Shown here: positions 25,408-35,417 of the stretch, piece by piece
Layout of the letters: each line of letters starts with the position of its first letter
How positions within the stretch are numbered: position 1 is the stretch's first letter
Assembly: GCA_947626635.1 (NCBI GenBank)
Contig: CANQSY010000001.1
Location: 592 to 64,591 of the forward strand
Origin: an uncultured Akkermansia sp.
Lineage (GTDB): Bacteria; Verrucomicrobiota; Verrucomicrobiia; Verrucomicrobiales; Akkermansiaceae
Direction of reading: 5' to 3'
Length of the DNA stretch: 64,000 nucleotides
Program-made: the position numbers and the translations under genes
The notes under the pieces: generated by a model
Databases searched by the model: none
What the model saw: only the letters and a program-made list of their open reading frames with translations
What the model was told of the DNA's origin: nothing

Positions 25408-26736
25408 GTGCGCAGGTACATCCTCAAGCGGTTGCTGTTGGCTCCCATCACCTTGATCGGGGTTACGCTGATTGTGTTCTGCCTGACGCGAATGGTGCCG
25501 GGAGGTCCGGTAGACAGGATATTGCAGGAACAGGCGATCGGTTCGCTCGCCGGGGAAAAAACGAGCGGAATCAGCACCTCGCACATCAGCGATGCGGAGA
25601 GAGAAAAATTGGAGGACCTCTTCAACTTGAACGAGCCCATGTTTAAGGCCTACCTGCAATGGCTCGGGCTGCAACGTACACGGGTGAACATCACACGCGC
25701 GGAATTCGACAGCGAAGGAAGCGCCTACCTCACCACGTCCTCCCCTGACGGCACGCCCCGCGTTTTGGAGGTACGTCGCGAAGGACTGACGCCGCGTTTT
25801 GCTGCGCCGAGTTGGTGGAAAAGCGAAGGCTGGAAGGTGGACATCGAGGAGCCGACGGCGGCCTCCCCCCACCCGCGGATGAACGTGCGACCTCTTCCGC
25901 CGGATCGTGAGGAAGCGGACCGACGCAAACGAGCGAGGTCAAGGCACTGGCGAGCCGTCATGTACAGGGAGGAGTTTGACGGCATTCTCCAGGGCAATTT
26001 TGGGAAGTCGTATAAATACAATGAGCCGGTGCTCGGCATGATCATGAGTCGGCTGCCGGTATCGCTCTACTTCGGCATACTGGCGGCCATCATCGCGTAT
26101 GGGGTGAGCATACCCTTGGGGGTGTGCAAAGCGATGTGGCATGGAAAGTGGCTGGACAGCGCGACGAGTCTGCTTATTTTTCTGGGGTACGCCGTGCCGG
26201 GATTTGCCTTGGGCGCCGTCCTGCTCATCTACCTTGGCGCGCGACTGGAATATTTCCCCTTGTACGGTCTGACGAGTGTGAACTACGAGAGCATGGGGAT
26301 GCTCGCTCGGGTAGGAGATATCGCGGCTCACACCGTTTTGCCGCTCACGTGTTATGTGGTAGGAGCGTTGGCCATGACGACGATGATGGTCAAGAACAAC
26401 CTCATGGAGAACCTGTCCGCCGGGTACATGCGCACAGCGGCGGCAAAAGGGTTGAGCTTCGGCGGCAGCGTGTGGAAGCATGCACTACGTAATGCCATGA
26501 TACCGGTTGTCTCCGGGTTGGGCGGGGTCATCTGCTCCGTTGTAGGAGGCTCCATACTGATTGAACGGGTATTTGATATCCGAGGCTTCGGTATGTTGAG
26601 TTTCCAGGCCTTGATGGATAAAGACTACACGCTCATCATGGGGACCCTCTTGCTCAGCTCTGTCATCATTATTCTGGGCAACCTGCTGTCGGATGTTCTG
26701 GTGGCCTGCATGGATCCGCGAATCAAGTTTCGTTAA
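25408..26736 (+). CDS. Peptide ABC transporter permease (YejB/OppB-like)
   Basis: YILKRLLLAPITL, PGGPVD, RTAAAKGL..VWKHALRNAMIP (EAA-like loop). Confidence 0.9.
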   Translation: MRRYILKRLLLAPITLIGVTLIVFCLTRMVPGGPVDRILQEQAIGSLAGEKTSGISTSHISDAEREKLEDLFNLNEPMFKAYLQWLGLQRTRVNITRAEFDSEGSAYLTTSSPDGTPRVLEVRREGLTPRFAAPSWWKSEGWKVDIEEPTAASPHPRMNVRPLPPDREEADRRKRARSRHWRAVMYREEFDGILQGNFGKSYKYNEPVLGMIMSRLPVSLYFGILAAIIAYGVSIPLGVCKAMWHGKWLDSATSLLIFLGYAVPGFALGAVLLIYLGARLEYFPLYGLTSVNYESMGMLARVGDIAAHTVLPLTCYVVGALAMTTMMVKNNLMENLSAGYMRTAAAKGLSFGGSVWKHALRNAMIPVVSGLGGVICSVVGGSILIERVFDIRGFGMLSFQALMDKDYTLIMGTLLLSSVIIILGNLLSDVLVACMDPRIKFR

Positions 26737-28332
26737 ATGAAGAAAAAATTGCCAGCCGTGCTGATGATCGTGGCCTCGCTGCTGAGCGCCATGGGAGAGC
26801 TGCGTGGCTGGCTGCTGCCCACGCTTTCGTGGCCGTTCACGGTGTCGCGTGAATTAAGTTTTCTCTCAGTCCCGGCGGAAGTGTGTCCCACGCTGGCGGC
26901 GGATGGACAGGTCCATTGGTTTGGCTGGGCGATAGTGGGTCTTCTCTTTATCGCGGGTGTGACCGTGCTGCTGCGACGGCAACCGAGTTTTCGTCTCTCC
27001 CCTCAGGCGCAGAGGGCGTGGCATCGTTTCAGGTCCCACCGCCGAGCCTATTATTCGCTGCTGATACTGGGCGGCATCATCCTGCTTGCTGCGGCGGACC
27101 AAATCGTCGTAGGCAAACGCGCCCTCGCCGTGCAAACCGAGCAAGGTGAGTGGTACTTCCCAGCCTTTCGTCGCAGCATCATACCGGGAGCCGTCTTCGG
27201 ACTCTCGGGCAACGCTGCCCATGCGGAGGCAGACTACCGAGCTCTGCACGCAGCGCTCGGTAGTCCGGGAGGTCCGCAATTTGTGCTCATGCCCCCCATA
27301 CCGTGGGCACCTACCAATGATCCGGCGCCGTACCCCATGGAGAGGCTCGTCGTGAAGGACGGGCTGCTCTGCACACCGGACGGAAAAACGTTGTTTGATG
27401 GTCAGGCCTGTCGTCTCTACGCCAATGGGGATATTCACCTACGCATTCGCTACCGCCGCGGCAAACCGGACGGACACGTGCAAGGATGGAGTCGGGAGCG
27501 CCGTGAGGTGTACGCCGCCGTGTGGAGCGCGGGTCACCTCATCACGGAAACATACGATGGGGCGGGCAGCATTCCGGACTTCTTAAAAGGAAGCAACACC
27601 GATCACTACCTCATCCACTATCATCCTGCGCCGCCGCTCACCGGCGACCACCTGCTCGGCACGGACAGTCAGGGGTCGGACATTGCAGCCTATCTCTTCG
27701 GCGGGTTACAAGTGAACATCCAGGCAGCACTCTTCTACCTTCCCGCGGTGTATGCTATCGGGATCATGGTGGGCATGTTGATGGGATATCTGGGTGGAGC
27801 ATTTGACATCGTGACGCAGCGCTTGATTGAGATTCTCTCGCAGTTGCCCTTCCTTTTTCTCGTCATGATCCTCACGGATTTCGTGCCGGCGGGGCTGAGG
27901 GGAATGTTTGTAACACTCACCCTGATGGTGCTGCTGGGCTGGATGCCCATGACATACCTGATCCGCACGGCGACGATGCGAGAAAAAGCGAGAGACTACG
28001 TATCGGCAGCGCGAGCTATGGGGGCCGGACCGCTGCACATTCTGGCAAGGCACGTGCTGCCCAATCTCTCTCCCATTGTCATCACCCTTATCCCCTTCAG
28101 CGTAGCGACGGTGGTCCTCTCACTCACTTCGCTGGATTATCTCGGGTTCGGACTCCCCGACTCCTACGCCGCATGGGGACGCCTGCTCAACGACGGTCTT
28201 TCCAAACTTTCCTCACCGTGGGTAGCGTCCTCGGCCGTAGCGGCGCTTGTCCTGCTCCTTCTGCTCATCACCTTTATCGGCGAGGGTGTACGCGAAGCCA
28301 TCGATCCCCATCGCCACGATCACTACGCATAA
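26737..28332 (+). CDS. Peptide ABC transporter permease (YejE/OppC-like) with MORN-like insertion
   Basis: HLLGTDSQG, YVSAARAMGA..ILARHVLPN, WGRLL. Confidence 0.88.
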   Translation: MKKKLPAVLMIVASLLSAMGELRGWLLPTLSWPFTVSRELSFLSVPAEVCPTLAADGQVHWFGWAIVGLLFIAGVTVLLRRQPSFRLSPQAQRAWHRFRSHRRAYYSLLILGGIILLAAADQIVVGKRALAVQTEQGEWYFPAFRRSIIPGAVFGLSGNAAHAEADYRALHAALGSPGGPQFVLMPPIPWAPTNDPAPYPMERLVVKDGLLCTPDGKTLFDGQACRLYANGDIHLRIRYRRGKPDGHVQGWSRERREVYAAVWSAGHLITETYDGAGSIPDFLKGSNTDHYLIHYHPAPPLTGDHLLGTDSQGSDIAAYLFGGLQVNIQAALFYLPAVYAIGIMVGMLMGYLGGAFDIVTQRLIEILSQLPFLFLVMILTDFVPAGLRGMFVTLTLMVLLGWMPMTYLIRTATMREKARDYVSAARAMGAGPLHILARHVLPNLSPIVITLIPFSVATVVLSLTSLDYLGFGLPDSYAAWGRLLNDGLSKLSSPWVASSAVAALVLLLLLITFIGEGVREAIDPHRHDHYA

Positions 28333-28350
28333 CACCCCTTTCTGCGACAA

Positions 28351-30600
28351 ATGCTCAAAAGATTGACACAGCAACTCGCGCGCACCACGCTGCTTCTCAT
28401 GGCGGCAGCGGCGCTTCTTGTTTTGTCGAGCTGTGAGGACAGCACAAAGGAGCGCGGAATTGACTGGCAACCGCCGGCAAATCGTTCGTTACCTATGGGC
28501 TTTGAGGCAGCGGAGAACGTACCTCCGTATGCCCGCGCATGGCGTATGCCACCGGGGTTTCGCGGTTTCCCTGCACGCTGGAATGCCCGTGTACGCACCT
28601 ACTTGGAAGAGGAGCTGCGGAAGACGCGCGCTATCATTGAGGAGGAAGAGACTCGGGCAGCGGCGACAGATTCTACGGAGGCACCGAACGCGCGGCTCCT
28701 CTTTGCTCGAGCGGAGGAGGATAAAATCCGTTCCCGCATCGCCATGGGGGATTACCTCGTTTTCCTCGAAGAAAGAGACTTGCCGACCCATCTCGTATGG
28801 CAGGATGGACATCATCAACCGGAACTCGGCGACCCTGCCGCTATCAAGGGCGGTTCTCTCCGACTTGCCCTCCAACGCACCTTCCCCAATACCCTCCGCG
28901 TCTTTGGTCCCAACAGCAACAATTCCACTCGTCGCTACATCTACGACGACATTGAGCTGCCGCTCGTTCGTATCCACCCGCAGACGCGCGCACTCATTCC
29001 CGGAACGGCGGATCGCTGGGCCGTATCGCCCGGAGGAAAGACCATCTATTTCCACATCGATGAGAAGGCGCGCTACTCAAATGGAGACCCCCTCACAACG
29101 CGCGACTTCGTGAGCTCGCTCTTCCTGCGCACCTCGCCTTACAGCGCAGAGCCTTTTTACACGGACTATTATCTGAGCAACTTTGCCCGCATCGCCGTGT
29201 ATGGCAACAACGTTATGGCTGTCACGCTCCCCACGCCGCGTCCCTATTCAGCGTACTACGCCGGCACCCTGCCCTCCGCCTGCACACGATTCTACGCCGA
29301 GTTCGGTCCGGACTATCCGACGCGTTATCAGTGGCGAGCTGTACCGACGACGGGGGGATATGCCGTAGATGCAGAAGGGGTGACCATGGGCAGCAGGATC
29401 ATGCTCACGCGGGTGAAGAATTGGTGGGCCGAAAAAAGGCGGTTCACTCGGTACTCATGCAACGTGGACCATCTCGTCTACTCCTTCATCGCCGAAGGCG
29501 CAAAGATACGTGAACTCTTCCGCATCGGTGAACTCGATGTCATATCCGCGCGTGATTCCGACTACTGGTACGAAGGGCTGGAGATACCTCCCGTGCATGC
29601 CGGTTACATTCAGCGCGTGCGTTTCGCCAACGAGTGGCCCCGCAATAGTTTCGGTTTTCACCTCAACTGCGTCTCCCCTCTTTTCAGCGATATCAACGCG
29701 CGTCTTGGGTTTCACCATGCCCTGAATGTGCAAGCCGTCATCAATACGCTGTTTCGCGGAGACTTTCGGCGAGGGTCCTCCTACTTCTCCGGGTTTGGTC
29801 CGTTCACCGACACGAGTCTGCGAGCTCTGCCGTATAACCCGGAACAAGCACGCCGCTACTTTGCCCAAGCCGGCTACAGCGTGGAGGGACCGGACGGCAT
29901 TCTCCAACGGGAAGACGGAACGCGACTGAGGGTTCTGGTGAGCTCGCGGATCGACCCGATCTACGCGGCCGCGATGAACATCCTGCGGGAAGATGCCGCA
30001 CGTTGCGGATTGGAACTGGATTTTGAGCAACTGGATGACACCATCTTCTACCTCAAGGTGAAGAACAAGCAATACACGGCTTGCATTTTCTCCTGGGGAT
30101 TCCCGCCGCCGGTGCCGGATGCCTCTCCCTACTTCCTATCACAGTACGCCGTGGATGCGGATGGAAAACCGATACCCGGAACATCCAATATTACCGCCAT
30201 TGCCGACCCGAAACTGGACCAGACCATTCTCGCCGCCCGCGCGGCCACCTCGATGCAGGATGCCATCGTCGCACAGCACGCGGTCCAGCAAGCCATCGCC
30301 GCCACCGCGTGCTGGGTGCCCGGGTGGTCGTCGGGCTTCTGGCGTTTTGCCCAGTGGCGTTGGCTCCGGTGGCCGGAATCGGAAACCACGCATTTCTGTC
30401 CGCCTCTTTACTACGATCCGTTGGATAGTCACCTGTACTGGATTGATCCGCAAATTGTCGAAGAAACGCAACGAGCACGCAGCCGGGGAGAACGCTACCC
30501 CGAAGTTGAACGGGACATACCCTGCCCGCCTGCCACTCCCACTGGGGCGTCCCGGATGACCCCAACAAAGAAAAAGACAGATGACATCACCACTCCTTAG
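28351..30600 (+). CDS. Peptide ABC transporter substrate-binding lipoprotein (YejA-like)
   Basis: Lipobox LSSC; GDPAAIKGG, PGTADRW, ARYSNGDPLT, SBP family 5 motifs. Confidence 0.88.
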   Translation: MLKRLTQQLARTTLLLMAAAALLVLSSCEDSTKERGIDWQPPANRSLPMGFEAAENVPPYARAWRMPPGFRGFPARWNARVRTYLEEELRKTRAIIEEEETRAAATDSTEAPNARLLFARAEEDKIRSRIAMGDYLVFLEERDLPTHLVWQDGHHQPELGDPAAIKGGSLRLALQRTFPNTLRVFGPNSNNSTRRYIYDDIELPLVRIHPQTRALIPGTADRWAVSPGGKTIYFHIDEKARYSNGDPLTTRDFVSSLFLRTSPYSAEPFYTDYYLSNFARIAVYGNNVMAVTLPTPRPYSAYYAGTLPSACTRFYAEFGPDYPTRYQWRAVPTTGGYAVDAEGVTMGSRIMLTRVKNWWAEKRRFTRYSCNVDHLVYSFIAEGAKIRELFRIGELDVISARDSDYWYEGLEIPPVHAGYIQRVRFANEWPRNSFGFHLNCVSPLFSDINARLGFHHALNVQAVINTLFRGDFRRGSSYFSGFGPFTDTSLRALPYNPEQARRYFAQAGYSVEGPDGILQREDGTRLRVLVSSRIDPIYAAAMNILREDAARCGLELDFEQLDDTIFYLKVKNKQYTACIFSWGFPPPVPDASPYFLSQYAVDADGKPIPGTSNITAIADPKLDQTILAARAATSMQDAIVAQHAVQQAIAATACWVPGWSSGFWRFAQWRWLRWPESETTHFCPPLYYDPLDSHLYWIDPQIVEETQRARSRGERYPEVERDIPCPPATPTGASRMTPTKKKTDDITTP

Positions 30601-31558
30601 CGTACGTAACCTGACCGTGGCCTTTGACACAGAGCACGGGGTGTACCCCGTGGCGGAGGACATTTCTTTTGACATACCGTCGGGAAACTGCGTCGCCATC
30701 GTGGGTGAGAGCGGCAGTGGCAAGAGCGCGACGGCGATGAGCTTGCTGCGGCTGCTGCCGCAACCCGGGGGGCGCATTCTCTCCGGCAGCGCCATCTTCC
30801 ATGATGAAGATCTGTTGGCCATGCCGCTCAAAAAACTGCGCGACATACGCGGTAACCGCATCAGTTGCATTTTCCAAGAACCGATGCAGGCCCTCAACCC
30901 CGTGCAGCGGATCGGTGACCAGATAGCCGAGGTGCTCATTCTGCACAAGGGAATAGGCGAAGAGGAGGCGTGGCATGAAGCCGTGCGACTCCTCGAGGCC
31001 GTGCAGATACCGGCGGCAAACCAACGCGCGCAGGACTACCCTCATTCCCTCTCCGGAGGTATGCGACAGCGTGTACTCATCGCCATGGCTCTCGCTTGTC
31101 GACCGGAACTCATCATCGCGGATGAACCGACGACAGCGCTGGACGTCACCGTGCAGCAGCAAATCCTCGCCCTGCTGCGGGAGATGCGTCGTGAGCTCGG
31201 AGCGGCGTGTCTGCTCATCACGCACGACATGGGTGTTGTCTCAGAAAATTGTGATTACGTGTGGGTGATGTATGCCGGACGATTTGTAGAGGGCGCTCCG
31301 GTGAGGGAGCTTTTCGAGCACCCCTGCCACGCGTACACGCGGGCGTTGATGCGCTCAATGATTACCCCGGACCTCCCGCACAAAAGTGAGCTCTCCACGA
31401 TTCCGGGCACCGTCGCTCCCCCCGGCGACTACGTCGACGGCTGCCGCTTCTGCCAACGCCTGGGACGCGAAGGGGATGTCCTTCTTGAACGTCCCTCTGT
31501 CGTAGAGATTACCCGGGGACACTACGTGGAGGCCTGTCCCTTCTGCACCGGGGATTGA
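30581..31558 (+). CDS. Peptide ABC transporter ATP-binding protein (OppD/DppD-like)
   Basis: [30 protein letters not shown], Cys-containing C-terminal extension. Confidence 0.93.
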   Translation: MTSPLLSVRNLTVAFDTEHGVYPVAEDISFDIPSGNCVAIVGESGSGKSATAMSLLRLLPQPGGRILSGSAIFHDEDLLAMPLKKLRDIRGNRISCIFQEPMQALNPVQRIGDQIAEVLILHKGIGEEEAWHEAVRLLEAVQIPAANQRAQDYPHSLSGGMRQRVLIAMALACRPELIIADEPTTALDVTVQQQILALLREMRRELGAACLLITHDMGVVSENCDYVWVMYAGRFVEGAPVRELFEHPCHAYTRALMRSMITPDLPHKSELSTIPGTVAPPGDYVDGCRFCQRLGREGDVLLERPSVVEITRGHYVEACPFCTGD

Positions 31559-31571
31559 GCAGTACGAATCT

Positions 31572-33125
31572 CTACCCGAGGGAGTTTCGGAGGACACGAG
31601 ACTGTTCGGGGTCCGGCAAAATATCAAGGATGGACAGGGAATCATCCGGAAGTCCCTCGATGATCTCAAAATCGGCCTCGCATCGGATAGAGTAGTATTC
31701 GGCGCCGAGGAGACGAGCGGCATCAGCAGGAGACAGCTGAGGCGGCTGAACGATAAGGCGTCGGAGTTCCTCATGGTCGCAGGCGGGGGCAAGGCCGGCG
31801 CCCTCGTTGTTCAAGACAGCAATCACGCGCTTTCCGATGGGCAGCTGTTCAACAAAGGTGACGGCAGCCACATCACGCTGGAGAGACAAGTCGCCGATAA
31901 GAGCGCACGAGAAGGAGGCTCCCACCGTATTGGCGAAGAACGCCGAGAGAGCGCCATCGGCGCCTCCCGCCAGAGAAGACTGACGCACGTAATAGAGGGG
32001 AGACTGAAGCTGCGCAAACCGGTTCCAGAGAACGGTGGAAGTGGGACTGCCGAGGAACATGACTTCCGCAAAAGCCGCATGCTGGGAAAAAGCGCGTACG
32101 AGGGAGGCATCGCTTTCCGGGTATGAGAGCAAGAGTTCCTCCTCTAAACCGGCATAACTTCGAGCGCGGGGAAAATAGTTCAATGTATCGCCCACGCGTG
32201 GCACATCATCGAGAGCTTTCATCACCTGCTCGGGCTCGCCTTCAATGACGACGCTTTCACGCCGCAATCCGGGAAACCCACTGCGAGTGATGGAAAAAAC
32301 CTGCGTATCGGGCATCTCCTCAAGAGCTCGCCAAAAAGGAAAAGACGGTACAGCCCCAACGCGCAGCACAAAAGGAGGTGGAGCATCCGTGAGGATGTCA
32401 CTCCCTCCCCGTAGCAGCAACGGCCCGAGCTTTTCGCGAAGACCGCTCGTCGCATCCGCCAACACGGGGACCCGGAGCGTGCGCGCAAGCCACAGTGCGG
32501 ATTCCTGTTCATCCGGATCCAACGCGCCGAGGAGAAGGACCAATCCCTCGGATGCCCGAAACCGCAAGAGAGAAGACAGGTCCGCCAGTGATGCGCGGAA
32601 AGGCGTCGGGGACGGAGGATCGGCTACGACATGGCACTCCCCTCGTCCGACGCGCACTCCCTCCGCGCCATGCAGGTGGATATGCAGCGGGAATCCCTCC
32701 GCGCAAATAGGGACAAGATCCGGCAGGGACGGCAGAGCGCAGGGTAAGTGCAACTCAAGGGTGGGGGCGTACATCCCGAAAAGAGAGTCCTGCTCTGCCC
32801 GAGCATAGGCTCCGACTCGTCCGGAGGACGGTTCGTCGTCCACAGTAACGACGATAAGCGGTCGCCGTTCATAGAAAGCTTCAATGACCGCCGGCATGAG
32901 GGCCGCCGCAGACGCCGCGCCACCCGCCACCATGGCCACGGGACGGGCGGTTGCCTGGATGCGTCCGAGGGCAAAGAAAGCGGCACTCCTTTCGTCCTGC
33001 GCATGCCAACGATGCACCGCCGCGCAATGCGCCAAAGCTGTGAGGAGAGGAGTGTTCAATTCCCCCGGACAACAAACCCACTCTGCCACGCCGGCTCGTG
33101 CGCAACTTGATACGAGGCTGTCCAT
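31572..33125 (-). CDS. menD: Divergent MenD-like ThDP-dependent enzyme
   Basis: DERSAAFFALG (catalytic Glu), GDLS...NNEG ThDP motif and overall MenD layout; several substrate motifs altered. Confidence 0.65.
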   Translation of the reverse strand: MDSLVSSCARAGVAEWVCCPGELNTPLLTALAHCAAVHRWHAQDERSAAFFALGRIQATARPVAMVAGGAASAAALMPAVIEAFYERRPLIVVTVDDEPSSGRVGAYARAEQDSLFGMYAPTLELHLPCALPSLPDLVPICAEGFPLHIHLHGAEGVRVGRGECHVVADPPSPTPFRASLADLSSLLRFRASEGLVLLLGALDPDEQESALWLARTLRVPVLADATSGLREKLGPLLLRGGSDILTDAPPPFVLRVGAVPSFPFWRALEEMPDTQVFSITRSGFPGLRRESVVIEGEPEQVMKALDDVPRVGDTLNYFPRARSYAGLEEELLLSYPESDASLVRAFSQHAAFAEVMFLGSPTSTVLWNRFAQLQSPLYYVRQSSLAGGADGALSAFFANTVGASFSCALIGDLSLQRDVAAVTFVEQLPIGKRVIAVLNNEGAGLAPACDHEELRRLIVQPPQLSPADAARLLGAEYYSIRCEADFEIIEGLPDDSLSILDILPDPEQSRVLRNSLG

Positions 33126-33228
33126 CGCGGTCTATTATCGACGTGCGGGAGAGCAAAGTCAATGCAATTCAAGCTCCACGAGCTCAGAAAGAGACGAAAG
33201 GAGACAAGGGGCGCACCCACGCGACCCT

Positions 33229-33690
33229 TCAGCTTTTCTTGCCGGATGCGGCAGAGGAAGCAGGGATGGCATAGTAGGGAGAGACATCCCCCCAGTTGCC
33301 ATTGCGAATCCTTTGCATAAAGGAACGCACATGGGCCGCCCATGGACTACGTGTTTGGCAATAAATCCGACCGATCTGGGCAACGGTAACCCGTCCGTTC
33401 GCCTTGTATTGAGCGAGAATCATGGCGAGGTGCTGCACACATTCCGCCTTGGAAGCATAAACACGCTGACCGCGACGCCCCATAATACCGGCAAGATTAT
33501 TCTTCGTCCGGGCTGCCTTTGACGTTGCATTGCCTGACTCGTGGCGGATAATGGCTTCCATCAGCAAGGGATCCACTCCATTCGCCTTCGCCGCATCCCG
33601 AATCGCGGGGCGCAACTCACTCACAGCGTCCGCTCTCACCACGAGCATCCCCAACACACTCACACAGATAGCTGTTATGAGTCTCTTCAT
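33229..33690 (-). CDS. Secreted lysozyme-fold protein (glucosaminidase/lytic transglycosylase-like)
   Basis: Signal peptide; AAKANGVDPLLMEAIIRHESG, NNLAGI. Confidence 0.75.
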   Translation of the reverse strand: MKRLITAICVSVLGMLVVRADAVSELRPAIRDAAKANGVDPLLMEAIIRHESGNATSKAARTKNNLAGIMGRRGQRVYASKAECVQHLAMILAQYKANGRVTVAQIGRIYCQTRSPWAAHVRSFMQRIRNGNWGDVSPYYAIPASSAASGKKS

Positions 33691-33697
33691 GGGTCCT

Positions 33698-33726
33698 ATT
33701 CTACCTTTTTCTGACTTTCATGTCAA
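33698..33726 (-). promoter_or_regulatory. Promoter of the lysozyme-fold gene (probably leaderless)
   Basis: TTGACA-17bp-TAGAAT, 7 nt before the ATG. Confidence 0.7.
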
Positions 33727-33956
33727 GCTATTTTCCGTAACAAACTAACAATAATCGTTTTCTAACTTAATAGTTAGTTAAAAAAGTGAGAGAAAAGCTC
33801 GTGAAGAAGGCAGAAATGAGCATAAAAAAAAGAAGCGCGCGATTTCTTTCTACTTGACAATTACCCGAAAAGGTAGTTACATAGCGCGCCAACATATTAG
33901 GCGGCTAGCCCCGTCCGAGTGAAGGCAGAAGTTTCAATAACCGTTTAACAAGCAAT

Positions 33957-34061
33957 ATGGGATCCCTGAAGAAGAGACGTAAGGCGAAGATCAACAAACA
34001 CAAGCGCAGTAAGCGCATGCGTCAAAATCGTCACAAGAAACGTTTGCGTTACAAGTCCTAA
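33957..34061 (+). CDS. Small basic ribosomal protein bS22/mS38-like (AURKAIP1/COX24 domain), 34 aa
   Basis: Manual translation MGSLKKRRKAKINKHKRSKRMRQNRHKKRLRYKS matches the family pattern MGSxxKKRRKxMxKHKxRK; TTGACA upstream; below the ORF-track cutoff. Confidence 0.85.
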   Translation: MGSLKKRRKAKINKHKRSKRMRQNRHKKRLRYKS

Positions 34062-34063
34062 AT

Positions 34064-34717
34064 CCCGGCAACGCCGGGCGGCGTTCCGCCGCCTATTTAC
34101 GATTTTCGATTTACGATTTACGATTTCAGGGAATTCGCGCACCGGAGGCGCGTTCCTACCGAGCAGTAGCGAAGCGGAATTCTTGAAATGTTGGTGCGGT
34201 GATAGGAGGAAAGCGCCGGGCGCCTTCGGCGCCTATTTACGATTTTCGATTTTCGAATTACAAGACTGCCGGCGGCTGCAAGGCAGGTTGGACAAAAGCG
34301 CAGCTTTTGCCCGAAGGGCAAAGCGTCAAGGCGGTCGACGGCCCCGTGTAGGGCGCACGCGTAGCGGGTGGTAAGACCGATTGGACAACGCGTGAGCGTT
34401 GCCCGTAGGGCTCAGCGCCGATGCGGCGGCGCTGAGTCAATGGGGCGGCGCTGAGTCAATTTCAGGGAATTCGCGCGCGGAGCGCGTTCCAGCCGAGCAG
34501 CAGCATAGCGGAATTCTTGAAATGTTGGTGCGGTGATTGGAGGAAAGCGCTGGGCGCCTTCGGCGCCTATTTACGATTTTCGATTTACGATTTCAGGAAA
34601 TTCGCGCGCGAAGCGCGGGATATGCTAAGCAGTAGCGAAGCGGAATTTTCAGGGTCAACGGTAATGAATAGCTAGAAAGGTGCCGGGCGCCGGGAGCCGG
34701 GAGCCTTCGGCGCCTAT
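34064..34717 (+). repeat. Largest modular palindromic repeat array (about 650 bp), ending in the hicB stop codon
   Basis: Cores at 34094, 34234, 34568 and a truncated one at about 34715; multiple hairpin modules. Confidence 0.93.
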
Positions 34718-35088
34718 ACGAGGACGACGGCGTGCTTGGCTAACGCATCGCGCAATTTTTCGGCCTCGCCGGCGCGGAAGGGCGTACCATTGCGAATACG
34801 AGCGTTGAGCGTGCGCGGCTCTATTCCGAGCAATCGAGCAACCTCCGTTTTATTGAGTACTTTGCTGGCTTTCTTCAGCGTGGATATATCAGGCGTAGGC
34901 GGAACAAAAGACGCATTGACTCCAAGCTCTGCTTCGAGGTAGCAGGCGATCGCTTCGTTGATTTCACGCAAGGCTTCCTCCTGTGTTTCACCGTGAGCGG
35001 AGCACCCGGGAAGTACCGGAACAGTGGCAACCCAGATTTCATCGTCCGAGTCCCAATCCAGTTTGATCGGATAGTGATATGCTTTCAT
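34714..35088 (-). CDS. hicB: HicB family antitoxin with C-terminal HTH
   Basis: WVATVPVLPGCSAHGETQEEALREINEAI; HTH-like NKTEVARLLGIEPRTL; start MKAYHY. Confidence 0.9.
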   Translation of the reverse strand: MKAYHYPIKLDWDSDDEIWVATVPVLPGCSAHGETQEEALREINEAIACYLEAELGVNASFVPPTPDISTLKKASKVLNKTEVARLLGIEPRTLNARIRNGTPFRAGEAEKLRDALAKHAVVLV

Positions 35089-35092
35089 ATTT

Positions 35093-35332
35093 TTATTTCG
35101 CGTTAAAGTAGTCTCTGACTTGTTTGACTTGATAGCGTTTTGCCTTTCCATTTTCACTGACTTGTAGATTGAAGGGCTGCGAGCCTTCCTTGCGGAAGTG
35201 GTAGTGCGAGCCCCTCACTCGCTTGACGTTGTACCCACGCGACAGCAGGAATTGCGAAAGTTCCTCAAAGGTGATGTTTCCATCAGAGTTTCCATCAAGG
35301 ATTTTCTCGGCAAGTTTGGCGTGCTTTGTCAC
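35093..35332 (-). CDS. hicA: HicA family mRNA interferase toxin
   Basis: ITFEELSQFL..GY...RGSHYHF..QV...GKAKRYQVKQV; probable GTG start at 35332. Confidence 0.9.
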   Translation of the reverse strand: MTKHAKLAEKILDGNSDGNITFEELSQFLLSRGYNVKRVRGSHYHFRKEGSQPFNLQVSENGKAKRYQVKQVRDYFNAK

Positions 35333-35338
35333 GAGGAT

Positions 35339-35368
35339 ATTGTACTTTGTCTCCTTATTCCGAGTCAA
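35339..35368 (-). promoter_or_regulatory. Promoter of hicAB (probably leaderless)
   Basis: TTGACT-18bp-TACAAT, 6 nt before the GTG. Confidence 0.55.
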
Positions 35369-35417
35369 GAAAAAACTTTCTCATTTCAGAAATTTTCCCT
35401 TTTACTGCCCAAGTTCT

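Noticed and set aside
33945-34374. Short ORFs such as MREFPEIVNRKSKIVNRR and LFTIFDLRFTI (also near 25088, 44132, 44185, 47481, 47571, 47831, 55687, 60322, 60345)
   Set aside because: They are translations of the heptamer and module repeats, with no RBS or protein-like composition.
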